Assembly (NCBI GenBank): GCA_945870425.1
Contig: CAMBSD010000012.1
Location: 2,923 to 66,922 of the forward strand
Direction of reading: 5' to 3'
DNA: 64,000 nucleotides
DNA from: Chitinophaga pinensis
Lineage (GTDB): Bacteria; Bacteroidota; Bacteroidia; UKL13-3
How positions within the stretch are numbered: the first letter of the stretch is position 1; each line of letters starts with the position of its first letter. Both the position numbers and the translations under genes were made by a program. Shown here one piece after another: positions 47,029-57,495 of the stretch. A model generated the notes under the pieces. It saw only the letters and a list, made by a program, of their open reading frames with translations. It made no database searches and was not told where the DNA came from.

Positions 47029-48876
47029 ATGAGAAAATATTTTTTATTGACCCTTGCTTCTGCATTATTTCAGATTCACTCAAATGCCCAAACTGTTGTG
47101 CCTTGTGCTACTGATGAAATTCATCAGCAGATTTTGGAACAACATCCTGAGTTGAAAATGGAAGAGCAATTGATGAACGAAACCGCTCGCAGGTTTGTTC
47201 CCCAATTAAATAAAGCGGCAACAATAAAATATATTCCAGTTGTGTTTCATGTTATACATGGCTATGGCAACGAAAATATTAGCCAAGCGCAGATAAATGA
47301 CCAAATCAGAATATTAAACGAAGATTATAGAAAAATGGCTGGCACAAATGGAGGTGCCAGTACCGATCCTTTAGCCGTGGATATGGAATATGAATTCCGT
47401 TTAGCCCAATTCGACCCCAACGGAAAACCTACTGATGGTGTTAATCGAGTTAATAATTATGCCCTGAGCATTAATGCTACTGATAATACCAAGGCCTCGA
47501 TTTATTGGCCTAGTGATAAATATTTTAATATTTGGGTGGTTAACACTATCTTAAATAATTCAGGAAGTCAAAACAGTATTGTACTTGGTTATGCGCAATT
47601 CCCATTTGACAGGACTTCAAGACCAACAACCGATGGGGTAATAATACGCTCAGACCAAGTAGGTGTAATTGGTACGGGACAACAATCACAAGCCGGAAGA
47701 ACCATGACACACGAAGCAGGACACTGGGTGGGCTTATATCATCCTTTCCAAGGTGGCTGCGGATCATCTAGCTCAAATTGTGCCGTTCAGGGTGATCAAG
47801 TTTGTGATACCCCTCCAGTAGCTTCTTCAGCATCAGGTTGTCAAAATGGTAGAAACTCATGCTCCACTGATAACCCGAATTTGCCAGATTTGATAAGAAA
47901 TTATATGGATTATTCAGATGGTAATTGTGCTAATATGTTTACCAAAGGTCAAAAAACCAGAGCTGATGGGATTATGCCTAGCACTAGGTCTAATATATAT
48001 TCTGCTGCAAATCTAAGTAACATTGGTATTAACACGGATGGAACCTATAAAACCATTCCCGCTTCAAGCAAAAAAGCTCCTTTCAATTTTGATTTCAATG
48101 TAAGTTCATTAAATGGTTCTGGCTGGTTTACCGAAGCCTTCACCATTCAACCTGATACTGCATGGCAAATCAATCAAGCCATCGGTTACAACGACACAAA
48201 ATCAATATACAACCGCAATTTCTTAACTCAGAAATTAAACTCACGCTCATCTTTTTCAAGTGCAAGTTATGATATCAGTGCCTTAACAAATCCTAAGCTT
48301 TCTTTTGCCATTGCTTATGCTAAACGCATTAGTGCCAGCAACGACAAACTTACTATTTATGTTTCTGATAACTATGGCAGAACAGAAGAAGTACTAAAAA
48401 CATTGAGCGCTACCGATATATCAACTGCGGATGTTACTGCTTCAGAGTTTGTGCCAGCTAATACAGGTCAATGGAAAAAATTATCATACGACCTTTCAGC
48501 TTACAAATCATACACCAACCTGAGTGTGCGCTTTGAATTTATTAATGTAAGAGGAAATAATATTTTCATAGATGATATTAGCGTGGCTACGCCAACTAGT
48601 TCTGAGGAACTATTGAAAGAAAGTCTAGGATTTAACTTCTTTCCAAATCCTGTTAACCAAACAGCCCAAATCAAATTTAACCTAAGCAGTTCTGAAAATG
48701 TAGCTATAAACTTGTTTGACATTTCTGGCAGATTGGTTAAAACCATTGCTCAAGCTGATATGCCTGCAGGTTCTAATACTGTTAGTTTCGACAAAGCTGA
48801 AATAAACAAAGGCGTATACTTCTTGAAAGTTGAAACCTCAAAAGGTGCTTTCAGCCACAAGGTAATGATTGACTAA
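47029..48876 (+). CDS. M43 (pappalysin/cytophagalysin-like) zinc metalloprotease with a T9SS C-terminal sorting domain
   Basis: ATG at 47029 followed by a signal peptide. HEAGHWVGLYHPF zinc site. C-terminus FNFFPNPVNQTAQIKF...GVYFLKVET..FSHKVMID. Confidence 0.8.
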   Translation: MRKYFLLTLASALFQIHSNAQTVVPCATDEIHQQILEQHPELKMEEQLMNETARRFVPQLNKAATIKYIPVVFHVIHGYGNENISQAQINDQIRILNEDYRKMAGTNGGASTDPLAVDMEYEFRLAQFDPNGKPTDGVNRVNNYALSINATDNTKASIYWPSDKYFNIWVVNTILNNSGSQNSIVLGYAQFPFDRTSRPTTDGVIIRSDQVGVIGTGQQSQAGRTMTHEAGHWVGLYHPFQGGCGSSSSNCAVQGDQVCDTPPVASSASGCQNGRNSCSTDNPNLPDLIRNYMDYSDGNCANMFTKGQKTRADGIMPSTRSNIYSAANLSNIGINTDGTYKTIPASSKKAPFNFDFNVSSLNGSGWFTEAFTIQPDTAWQINQAIGYNDTKSIYNRNFLTQKLNSRSSFSSASYDISALTNPKLSFAIAYAKRISASNDKLTIYVSDNYGRTEEVLKTLSATDISTADVTASEFVPANTGQWKKLSYDLSAYKSYTNLSVRFEFINVRGNNIFIDDISVATPTSSEELLKESLGFNFFPNPVNQTAQIKFNLSSSENVAINLFDISGRLVKTIAQADMPAGSNTVSFDKAEINKGVYFLKVETSKGAFSHKVMID

Positions 48877-48894
48877 TTTCTCAAAGTCTTTTTC

Positions 48895-49356
48895 TTGAAA
48901 ACAAACAACTTTAAACAAAGTGTTATAGATACCTGTAAACACTTGCTACAACAGCGTGCCTTCACTGCAGAAAAAGCCATGAATGCGGCTCAAGAGGCTG
49001 CAAATGGCGAGGACAAAAGCAGCGCGGGTGACAAATATGAAACAAGCCGCGCTATGGGACAACTTGACCGCAACATGAATGCCAAGCAATTGGCAGAAGT
49101 GCAAAAGGAACTTGCCGAATTAGAGCGTTTGGAGAAAAACCCACCCAAAACAGATATGGTTTATAGTGGTTCGCTCATCAAAATAAGCATGGGTTATTTA
49201 TATATTGCAGTGGGTTTGGGAAAACAACAAATAGAAAACCAAAATGTGGTATTGCTATCCAAAAACTCACCTTTAGCGCTGGCCCTTTTGGGTAAAAAAC
49301 CACAGGAACAAATAAGCTTTAATGGGAATAAGATTGGTATTGAGGAAATACTCTAA
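48895..49356 (+). CDS. conserved hypothetical, GreA/GreB C-terminal-domain-like
   Basis: TTG start. The SAGDKYETSRAMGQLDRNM motif is recalled from a conserved Bacteroidota family; function unknown. Confidence 0.45.
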   Translation: MKTNNFKQSVIDTCKHLLQQRAFTAEKAMNAAQEAANGEDKSSAGDKYETSRAMGQLDRNMNAKQLAEVQKELAELERLEKNPPKTDMVYSGSLIKISMGYLYIAVGLGKQQIENQNVVLLSKNSPLALALLGKKPQEQISFNGNKIGIEEIL

Positions 49357-49451
49357 AAAAATTTCATGATTTGAATAATCCTTTTCTGATAGCAATTAAT
49401 TAATCTAAGTGATTTGACAAAGGACATGCAAAAGATTAATTTTCACTACTT

Positions 49452-50456
49452 TTATTTAAACACTTTTTCTTCGTTTCTACCATCTATATCCATTATACAG
49501 ATATCGGACTTTTTCAGAAGGTTATTATCTGGCATCAATTGGTAATCTTGCCTTTCGGCAATAATCTTTTTTCCGTCAGGCGAAATGCTTAGCAAACTAT
49601 AGGAACGACTGTTACAAGCATTTTTTATAAGCACATTTTCTTTGCTATCCTTATTTAACCTGCAAATACCAACGAGACCCGAATTATTTTCACCAACCAC
49701 AGTTGTTGAATAATATATATCGTTGTTGTTAGGATGCCAAGTTACACCTGTTGTGTAGTGTATTATATTACTTGTATCCTTTACTAAATAATTTAACTGC
49801 TTTGATTTCAGATTCATAAACACAATATCGGATACGCCACCACCTAGACCAGCAAGTTCCATTAAATCATTTATGGAGTTATAGGTAATAACAGTATTCA
49901 TAACAGTGGCTTGGATACTATCCAATCTTGTACCATCAAATCCAATTATTTTATTCCCTGCAATTTTATCACTACCACTAGTTACTGAAAAAAATATTTT
50001 ATCAGTACCATACCATTCAGGATACGTATTGCTATATACTGAGGTAAGTTGAGTTAAGCTATCTCCATTATCTTTCACTTTATAAATCTGTAGATTTAAT
50101 CCTGCAAAAACAATCCAACCATTTTTACCCCATTTGGGCTGACCAACGATTCTTTGACCCCTTAAAATAACTGTTTCTTTTTTTGTTACTAGGTTGTATT
50201 TTGCAAGTGAATTATAAAACAAAGAATCTTGGGTGAGATATATAATCTCATTTCCATTTAAAGGATTGAAACAAGGCGCCAATCTCTGAAAAGTAGTTCC
50301 CTTTGTTTGCCTTGGAATAGGAGATATACTAGGAGGTATTTTGGCACAAGGCTCGCATGATGCACAATAAGCATTGGCGTTTATTTGTTTATCCTTTTCG
50401 CAAGAAGTAATTGCAAAAATAACAACGAAGAAAAAACATAAAACACGATTTTTCAT
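49452..50456 (-). CDS. lipoprotein with TolB-like beta-propeller repeats
   Basis: Lipobox AITSC. Repeated P.W..dG..I.F-type blades (QPKWGKNGWIVF, SISPDGKKII). The start overlaps the stop of the S8 peptidase gene. Confidence 0.5.
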   Translation of the reverse strand: MKNRVLCFFFVVIFAITSCEKDKQINANAYCASCEPCAKIPPSISPIPRQTKGTTFQRLAPCFNPLNGNEIIYLTQDSLFYNSLAKYNLVTKKETVILRGQRIVGQPKWGKNGWIVFAGLNLQIYKVKDNGDSLTQLTSVYSNTYPEWYGTDKIFFSVTSGSDKIAGNKIIGFDGTRLDSIQATVMNTVITYNSINDLMELAGLGGGVSDIVFMNLKSKQLNYLVKDTSNIIHYTTGVTWHPNNNDIYYSTTVVGENNSGLVGICRLNKDSKENVLIKNACNSRSYSLLSISPDGKKIIAERQDYQLMPDNNLLKKSDICIMDIDGRNEEKVFK

Positions 50457-52924
50457 TATTCAATTATTAGCTTGCGTGAAACAGAATACGAGTCTGTAAT
50501 TAAATGGCAAATATAAAAGCCTGTATTTAAGCTAGTACAATTAATATTATACTTCTTAACACCTTCATTTTCTGAATCTATTGGCATTTCATAAACTATC
50601 TTTCCTGTCATATCTCTTAATTCAATTTTTACTTGTGATGAACTTGGCAAAGAAAATTGCAATGTAAAGCGATCCTTCACAGGATTCGGATATATTGATA
50701 TAGATTCTGCAATATCATTTGAAGATGCATCTCTACTACTAGTAGACTCAGCTTTTTTATTTGAATAAGGTGGTGGAATGTTTATCACTGAAGAGGGAGC
50801 GGTATAAGCTGTTAGTGCCATTTTACAAATAGCATTGGCATTTTTAGCAGTTGCAGGTATCCATTCATTAAAATTTAAAAGTTGATTATTGTTACCCACT
50901 TTCTTTTTAAGTTGATAAACATAACCACGCATAGTTGCTGAGGTCTGATTCCAGCTAATAACTTCACAATTAGGTCCCGCTATAATATTTGATTGTATAG
51001 TGGCATTATTTATATCATTTCCATACAAATTTGAAATACTGTTTAATTTCCATACATCAAGCACACCGCGATATTGGGGTTGGGTAATATTTATTGTTTG
51101 GGTAATTTCATATATATCTCCGTAGTAATTTCCCGCTGGAATATTATAAGCAGCAAGGGGATTTGTACTTGTATTAATATTTTCAAAAACACGAATTAAA
51201 ACATTTGATGTTTTCTTTGTAGTGCCTGGTGCAAACAAAGGTGTTGTTGATACATAATGTTTTAATTGATAGGTTGGTAGTTGTATTGCTTCAAGTGCTG
51301 CTCCTGCATCAAGTAATCCATAGCCTGTAAAGATGTCAGGACCAATCCCAGTATTTTTTATATCTTTTGCTGTATTTTTTATAATGTTTTCAACATCTTC
51401 GGGTGCCAATAAATTAGGCGCAAGTGTTGGATTGTTTTTTATATAACCTTGCATTAAAGCAGATACACCTGTTGCATGTGGAGTAGCACCAGATGTGCCA
51501 TCAAATGACTGCGTCTGATTATTAATTGTTCCAATACTAGTTATTAATTGCTCAACACCAGGTGCAATAAAATCCAAATTGTAATCATAATTAGACCTAA
51601 ACCATTTTTCACCGTCTACATTACTTGCACCAACTTTCATAATAAAATCATCTCTATAGCTCGATGGGAATAAAATGCCTCTATTACCATCATTACCTGA
51701 AGCACCAGCAATTGACACATTATTCCTAAATGAATAAATAATAGCATCTCTCAATGGCTCTAAATTTAGCGGATAAACTACATTATAAAAAGTACTAAAG
51801 TTCATGCAATGTAATCCGTAGCCATAAACATTTGGTAAATTTGGTGCAATTGCGGGGGCAATAGCAGTTGAAGATGTTGCACCTTCTACAATAGCACTGC
51901 AAATAGCACTTAGAGGAGCCAATGCATTACCAGGTCCGGTAACTTTCATAGAATAAAGATCCGCTCCCCAAGGTTGTGTAGGATTTGTAGCATCACCACC
52001 AGCAATACCTGCAATGTGAATTCCATTGTTTCTAATTGCACCAATAATACCAGCTACACAAGTACCATGATCATTTGAATAAGGTTCTTGTTGATTAGCG
52101 GGCGACTGGTTATGTGTAGTTATAAAATAATCTCTACCACCCTTTACTCTCGATTTTGCCCATGTAACAACACTTCCATCTTCTCTAAAATCTTCATGTC
52201 TCCAATTGATACCAGTATCGTAAATTCCAACTTTAATGGCTTTTGTATTCCCAGTATTATTTTTGGTAATATTACCAGTACTTAGGCTCCACGCTTTGTC
52301 AATATTTATGTTTGCATTTGGGTAGGTATTATTTGGATATAAATTTGGCTGCAAATTATTAATAATTGCAGGGTCATTATTAAAAACAGATGCTTCTCTC
52401 ATCATGGCATTTGGTACTGCAAATTCAATTAAAGTATCCAAATTGTTAAGCATGGTAATTGCTGAATCTAAACTTAAACCATTCGACTCGCTATGCCAAG
52501 TTAGTAAAAGTGTTGACCAAAACTTTGGAATTTCGATTGTATCTTCTAATCTAGTAATGGAAGAGGTATCAGAGGTTCTTAAATTATGATAAATTTTATA
52601 TACACTAAAGGAGTTAAGCAATTCAGAATTAATATAGCCACTTCTAATCATTATTTCTCTGCCATAACTTGTTATAAATGTTGAGATATTCCCACTCCTT
52701 AATTCTACATTATCAATATTATCTTTATTAATAATTTCAGGGTTAAATTTTACCAATAATTGATCTTGGTAATAAAGTGGAACATTTGCAGAATCATAAA
52801 CAATACGCGCAGATTCGAAATCTTGAGCAAGTCCAAGTTTTGTAATAGCAGTAATTAGAATCAACAAAAGAAACTTAGATTTTTTATAATTTAAGGTTTT
52901 AACAAAACAAATATTAAGAAACAA
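50456..52924 (-). CDS. S8 (subtilisin-family) serine peptidase with a T9SS C-terminal sorting domain
   Basis: Catalytic triad contexts YDTGI, DHGTCVAGIIG and GTSGATPHATGVSAL. C-terminus ISIYPNPVKDRFTLQF...GFYICHL...RKLIIE. Confidence 0.85.
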   Translation of the reverse strand: MFLNICFVKTLNYKKSKFLLLILITAITKLGLAQDFESARIVYDSANVPLYYQDQLLVKFNPEIINKDNIDNVELRSGNISTFITSYGREIMIRSGYINSELLNSFSVYKIYHNLRTSDTSSITRLEDTIEIPKFWSTLLLTWHSESNGLSLDSAITMLNNLDTLIEFAVPNAMMREASVFNNDPAIINNLQPNLYPNNTYPNANINIDKAWSLSTGNITKNNTGNTKAIKVGIYDTGINWRHEDFREDGSVVTWAKSRVKGGRDYFITTHNQSPANQQEPYSNDHGTCVAGIIGAIRNNGIHIAGIAGGDATNPTQPWGADLYSMKVTGPGNALAPLSAICSAIVEGATSSTAIAPAIAPNLPNVYGYGLHCMNFSTFYNVVYPLNLEPLRDAIIYSFRNNVSIAGASGNDGNRGILFPSSYRDDFIMKVGASNVDGEKWFRSNYDYNLDFIAPGVEQLITSIGTINNQTQSFDGTSGATPHATGVSALMQGYIKNNPTLAPNLLAPEDVENIIKNTAKDIKNTGIGPDIFTGYGLLDAGAALEAIQLPTYQLKHYVSTTPLFAPGTTKKTSNVLIRVFENINTSTNPLAAYNIPAGNYYGDIYEITQTINITQPQYRGVLDVWKLNSISNLYGNDINNATIQSNIIAGPNCEVISWNQTSATMRGYVYQLKKKVGNNNQLLNFNEWIPATAKNANAICKMALTAYTAPSSVINIPPPYSNKKAESTSSRDASSNDIAESISIYPNPVKDRFTLQFSLPSSSQVKIELRDMTGKIVYEMPIDSENEGVKKYNINCTSLNTGFYICHLITDSYSVSRKLIIE

Positions 52925-53132
52925 AACTGTATTTCCAACAATTAAATAAAATAAAAAGCCTCTTAAATAGAAAAAAGCTGAGTATAAATTACCAACGCAC
53001 CAACTTTTTAGGATTAGTTCTCATAATGGTTATTAAAATAATTAGGCTAAAAATAAGCTTGATTTATTAAGTTCTTTATATATAAAATGTTACTATATTA
53101 AAGATAAAAGATAGTTGGAACCACAAATTCAA

Positions 53133-54437
53133 CTAAATACTATTCGTCAAGGTAAAAACCGTTATCTCAGGCAGAATACCCACACGGCCAGGATATCCCA
53201 AAAAGCCATAACCACGGTTTACATAAAGCTTTTGGTTTTCTTTAGTCTCATACAATCCCGCCCAATGTGGGTAGATATATTGTGATGGACTCCATTTGAA
53301 CTTACCTAATTCAACACCAAACTGGAAGCCATGTGTATGCCCACTAAAGGTAACATCAATGTCTTTGTGTTTCTGACTCACAATGGTATCAAAGTGCGAA
53401 GGATCATGAGAAAGTAACAGCTTCACTGGGGTGTTTTCCATTCCTTTTTGAGCTACTTCTACATTGCCATATTTTTGAAAACGTCCTCTATCTCCCCAAT
53501 TCTCAACCCCTATCAAACCAATCTTATTAAATTTTCTATCTATCACCACGTTCTCATTTCGCATTAGATGCCAACCCATTTGCTTGTGAACATCATACAA
53601 ATCTGTTAGGTTCTTCTGTTTCTCTTCTGGGCTTTTCCAATTGTTTACATAATCGCCATAATCATGGTTACCAAGGATGGAATACACGCCCATTGGGGCT
53701 TTCATTTCGGCAAACATTTCCATCCAATCGTAAGCCTCATCAGTTTTGTTGTTTACAAAATCACCAGTAAAAAAAGCCAAATCTGCATTTTGCTCTTTAA
53801 TCAATTTTATGCCTTTATATACAGCATCTTTATCTGTAAAGCTGCCCGAATGCACATCTGAAATTTGCACAATTTTCAACCCCTCGAAAGCATCAGGAAG
53901 ATTGGGCAAATACAACTCAACTTTATGAACCCTATAATCATAAGCACCTTTCATAATGCCTCTTGAAAGAATAACAAAAGGAACAGCACCTGCTATCAAA
54001 CCTGTGCGGGCCAAGAATTCAGAACGGGTAATCTTTTCGCTTTTCTCTTCTATTTCAGCTTCGTATTCTTCAAGTTCAGCCTCTGCCTTGGTTTCAAAAA
54101 GCTCTTTGATTTTCCTAAAAATCATTGTTATCAATCGCTTCACATCGTCTAACAACATGAAGATACATATAAAGAACTTAGACAAATAAAATACGAAATA
54201 AAAACCAGCAAAATATACCCTATAGGCTTTGTTGCCATCCATGTCAGGGAAGAAAAAGCTTCCTAAAAGTATGATTGAAACAAGGGTTGGAATGGCCCAA
54301 AACACAATAGCAATAAACCTACGAACATTTTTATGTCGCTTGTTGTAGAGTGTTTTATAAGCTTGCCAAGCGTATGCATCTATCAAAAAGGCAAAGGCAA
54401 TGAGCGAAAGCGTAAGTTTTATTTTAAATTCGAGCAT
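53133..54437 (-). CDS. membrane-anchored metallophosphoesterase
   Basis: N-terminal TM helices followed by SDVHSG, GDFVNN, GNHD and GHTH. Confidence 0.8.
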   Translation of the reverse strand: MLEFKIKLTLSLIAFAFLIDAYAWQAYKTLYNKRHKNVRRFIAIVFWAIPTLVSIILLGSFFFPDMDGNKAYRVYFAGFYFVFYLSKFFICIFMLLDDVKRLITMIFRKIKELFETKAEAELEEYEAEIEEKSEKITRSEFLARTGLIAGAVPFVILSRGIMKGAYDYRVHKVELYLPNLPDAFEGLKIVQISDVHSGSFTDKDAVYKGIKLIKEQNADLAFFTGDFVNNKTDEAYDWMEMFAEMKAPMGVYSILGNHDYGDYVNNWKSPEEKQKNLTDLYDVHKQMGWHLMRNENVVIDRKFNKIGLIGVENWGDRGRFQKYGNVEVAQKGMENTPVKLLLSHDPSHFDTIVSQKHKDIDVTFSGHTHGFQFGVELGKFKWSPSQYIYPHWAGLYETKENQKLYVNRGYGFLGYPGRVGILPEITVFTLTNSI

Positions 54438-54500
54438 CTTAATTTTTTAGGTGATTGATTGAATATACAAAATAACAAGAATGTTTGAAATGTTTTATCA

Positions 54501-54528
54501 TTTGCCATGATGCAAACATTTATAATTG
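54501..54528 (+). promoter_or_regulatory. candidate Bacteroidota promoter for mtgA
   Basis: TTTG at 54501-54504 and TAtaATTG (7/8 match to TAnnTTTG) at 54521-54528, followed by CAGCC; 14 nt upstream of the ATG. Confidence 0.35.
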
Positions 54529-54541
54529 CAGCCGAAATTAC

Positions 54542-55258
54542 ATGAACAAAACGCTAAAAGCCATAAAAAATAAATTAGCAAAGTTTAAAGACTGGTGTCT
54601 GAAAGTGGCTTTATTGGCATTTCAGGTCAGTTTCTTGATGATTGTATTGTATCGTGTTATCCCAGTGCCCATTACTCCTTTTCACATTATCAGGGTGTTT
54701 GAGCAAATTGGAAGCAGTGACGAAGTGCGATTGAAAAAGAGTTGGCGAGGCATTAACGACATAGGCGATAAAATAGTTTTAGCCGCAGTTACCTCAGAAG
54801 ACCCCAAATTTTTCCAACATTTTGGTTTTGATTTTGAGCAAATACAAAAAGCCATAGAGCGCTCCATAAATGGTGGTAAGAAACTTAGAGGGGCTAGTAC
54901 CATAAGTCAACAAACTGCTAAAAATTTATTTTTCACACCCAAGCGCAGTTGGATTCGTAAAGGATTGGAAATGTACGTCACCATTTGCCTTGAGGTATTG
55001 TGGACCAAGAAAAGAATCATTGAAGTATATTTAAATATCATCGAAATGGGCAATGGCATCTATGGTGCAGAGGCTGCTTCGGAGTTTTATTTCAACAAAT
55101 CATCTGATAAACTAACAAAAGGTGAAGCCGCTATGATAGTGGCGTGTTTCCCGAACCCTCGAAGGTGGCGCCCCGACAAACCCACACGTTATATAGTGCG
55201 CAAGCAAGCCATCATCACCCGATTTATGAATAAAATTGGTGAATTACCTTGGAAGTAG
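54542..55258 (+). CDS. mtgA: monofunctional biosynthetic peptidoglycan transglycosylase
   Basis: Starts at Met20 of ORF 54485..55258. GT51 motifs EDPKFFQHFGFD, GASTISQQ and RKGLE. Confidence 0.85.
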   Translation: MNKTLKAIKNKLAKFKDWCLKVALLAFQVSFLMIVLYRVIPVPITPFHIIRVFEQIGSSDEVRLKKSWRGINDIGDKIVLAAVTSEDPKFFQHFGFDFEQIQKAIERSINGGKKLRGASTISQQTAKNLFFTPKRSWIRKGLEMYVTICLEVLWTKKRIIEVYLNIIEMGNGIYGAEAASEFYFNKSSDKLTKGEAAMIVACFPNPRRWRPDKPTRYIVRKQAIITRFMNKIGELPWK

Positions 55259-55390
55259 TGATTTGCAAATAGGGTTTGATAAAAACCATTTTTCAGAAAT
55301 GAATGGCACAAAAATCTGAGCCTATCAAATATTATTAACTAAAGATAAGAACTGACTTAATGATGCCGAAGGCATCGCACGTTTGAAAAC

Positions 55391-55419
55391 AAAAAAGCCG
55401 CGCAGCGAAGCTGCGCGGC
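55391..55419 (-). terminator. rho-independent terminator of the peroxiredoxin gene (GCGAAGC-type hairpin)
   Basis: Plus strand aaaaaaGCCGCGCAGC-GAA-GCTGCGCGGC; on the minus strand the stem is followed by T6. Confidence 0.75.
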
Positions 55420-55439
55420 TTTCTGATAATAAAATTCAA

Positions 55440-56084
55440 TTAGTGATGAGCTAAATAATTAGCAACACCTTCAGCAGTGGCATTCATGCCATCTTTGCCT
55501 TTTTCCCAATTTGCAGGGCAAACTTCACCTTTTTCTTCAAAAAATTGTAATGCATCAATCATACGCAAAGCTTCGTCAATATTACGACCCAATGGCATGT
55601 CATTTACCACTTGGTGACGAACGATTCCATCTTTGTCGATTAAAAACAAACCACGGTATGCTACTGCATCTTCGCCTAAATTACCTACCCATACCAATTC
55701 ATCTGCTTCATTGTAAGCAAATGCACCAGCCAACACACCAAAGTTAGTAGCAATGGTTTTGTTCACATCCGCTACCAATGGGTATTTTACACCTTGAATA
55801 CCACCATCATTTTGCGGTGTATTCAACCATGCCCAATGACTGAATTTGCTATCAATTGAGCAACCTATTACTTGCACGCCACGTGCTTCAAAATCGGCTA
55901 TGCGGTTTTGGAAAGCAATGATTTCTGTTGGGCAAACAAAAGTGAAATCCAATGGATAAAAATAAAACAATACGTGTTTTTTCCCTATGTATTGCTCTAA
56001 TGAAAAATCGTCTACAAAATCGCCACCATCTACTACTGCCGAAGCTCTGAACGAAGGGGCTTTACGTCCTACTAACATTGTCAT
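55440..56084 (-). CDS. typical 2-Cys peroxiredoxin (AhpC/Tsa family)
   Basis: Peroxidatic Cys in FTFVCPTEI; resolving Cys in EVCPANW. Confidence 0.9.
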   Translation of the reverse strand: MTMLVGRKAPSFRASAVVDGGDFVDDFSLEQYIGKKHVLFYFYPLDFTFVCPTEIIAFQNRIADFEARGVQVIGCSIDSKFSHWAWLNTPQNDGGIQGVKYPLVADVNKTIATNFGVLAGAFAYNEADELVWVGNLGEDAVAYRGLFLIDKDGIVRHQVVNDMPLGRNIDEALRMIDALQFFEEKGEVCPANWEKGKDGMNATAEGVANYLAHH

Positions 56085-56182
56085 AATTATATATTCTCCT
56101 TATTTAAGTTTGTTATTTTTGAACAGCAATATTAAGGCAATTGTTTTATTTTAGATGAATGATTTTTGGCAAATGGCCAGAA

Positions 56183-57484
56183 TTAACTTCTAAATAATAT
56201 AGAGCTATCGCCATAACTTAAAAACCTAAAATCATTTGCCAAGGCATACTCATAAATGCGTTTCCATTCATCACCTACAAAAGCCGAAACCAATAACAAC
56301 AGAGTACTTTCTGGCTGATGAAAATTGGTTATAATCGCATCTGCTACTTTTATTTTATATGGTGGAGCAATGATAATCTGAGTGGCACCTGTCAAAACCG
56401 TTTTGTCTTTATATTGCATCCAATCCAAAATCGCTTGAAGGGAAGTTTGTAAGTCTACCTCAGGCTGAGCGGAATCGAATCCTTCCGTTTGGATTTCCTT
56501 ATCTAAAATTCCTAATTCATAATTGTCAATTCTTAATTGATAAGGCTCCCATTGTTCAACATATAGATGCCCAATTTCTTCCCATTTATCTTTTTGCATA
56601 AATAGCCTTCTTCCAAACCAATATATGCTTTCAAGGCTGCGCAGCGAGGTTGTTCCAACCACTACAATGCGACCCGATTTCCCAACAACTTGAGATAATA
56701 ATTTTTCAATTATCGATTTTTCAATATGTATGCGCTCCTCATGCATCTCATGACCGTGCATGGTTTCAGCCTTCACGGGTTTAAAGGTTCCTGCTCCTAC
56801 ATGTAGGGTTAAATAATTTGTCGAAATGCCTTTGCTATGATGCGATTGAATGACATTTTCGGTAAAATGAAGTCCAGCAGTGGGCGCAGCCACAGACCCA
56901 TCATGCTTAGCATACACCGTTTGATATCGGTTCTCGTCTTCGCCCTCCACATCTCTATTCATATAGGGAGGAAGAGGAAGCACCCCAGCCATTTCAAGCA
57001 TCTCAGCAAAGCTGATATCTGCATCCCAAGTAAAACGAACGGTGTAAGTATCTTCGTTTTGAGACAATTTCTGCACCTTTAAAGTGAACTTGTTTTCATT
57101 CAAAGAGATTTCTTTAGCAAGAACACCCTCCTTCCAACGTTTCGAGTTGCCTATCATCACTTTCCAAGTAGCACTTTTCTTTTGTTGAAAGGCCACTTGC
57201 GTATCACTTGAATCCAATGGTTCAAGGCACATTATCTCTATTTTTGCTCTGGATTCTTTGAAAAAGAAAATTCGGGCATGAATAACCCTTGTATTATTAA
57301 AGAGTAACGCATCGCCTGCTTCCAACAAGCCACCTAGCTGACTAAAAATGGTTTCGCTAATCTGACCATCATTCCAAATCAAGAGTTTACTTTGGTCACG
57401 GGCATCTAAAGGAAACTGGGCGATTCGCTCTTCAGGCAAATCGTATGAAAAATCTTTAATACTTAGTTCTTGAGGGTTGTTCAT
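56183..57484 (-). CDS. queA: S-adenosylmethionine:tRNA ribosyltransferase-isomerase
   Basis: DFSYDLPEERIAQFP, PLPPYM, TAGLHFT and TNFHQPESTLLLLVSAF. At 433 aa it is longer than the ~350 aa I recall as typical. Confidence 0.85.
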   Translation of the reverse strand: MNNPQELSIKDFSYDLPEERIAQFPLDARDQSKLLIWNDGQISETIFSQLGGLLEAGDALLFNNTRVIHARIFFFKESRAKIEIMCLEPLDSSDTQVAFQQKKSATWKVMIGNSKRWKEGVLAKEISLNENKFTLKVQKLSQNEDTYTVRFTWDADISFAEMLEMAGVLPLPPYMNRDVEGEDENRYQTVYAKHDGSVAAPTAGLHFTENVIQSHHSKGISTNYLTLHVGAGTFKPVKAETMHGHEMHEERIHIEKSIIEKLLSQVVGKSGRIVVVGTTSLRSLESIYWFGRRLFMQKDKWEEIGHLYVEQWEPYQLRIDNYELGILDKEIQTEGFDSAQPEVDLQTSLQAILDWMQYKDKTVLTGATQIIIAPPYKIKVADAIITNFHQPESTLLLLVSAFVGDEWKRIYEYALANDFRFLSYGDSSILFRS

Positions 57485-57495
57485 ACAATCAAAAA

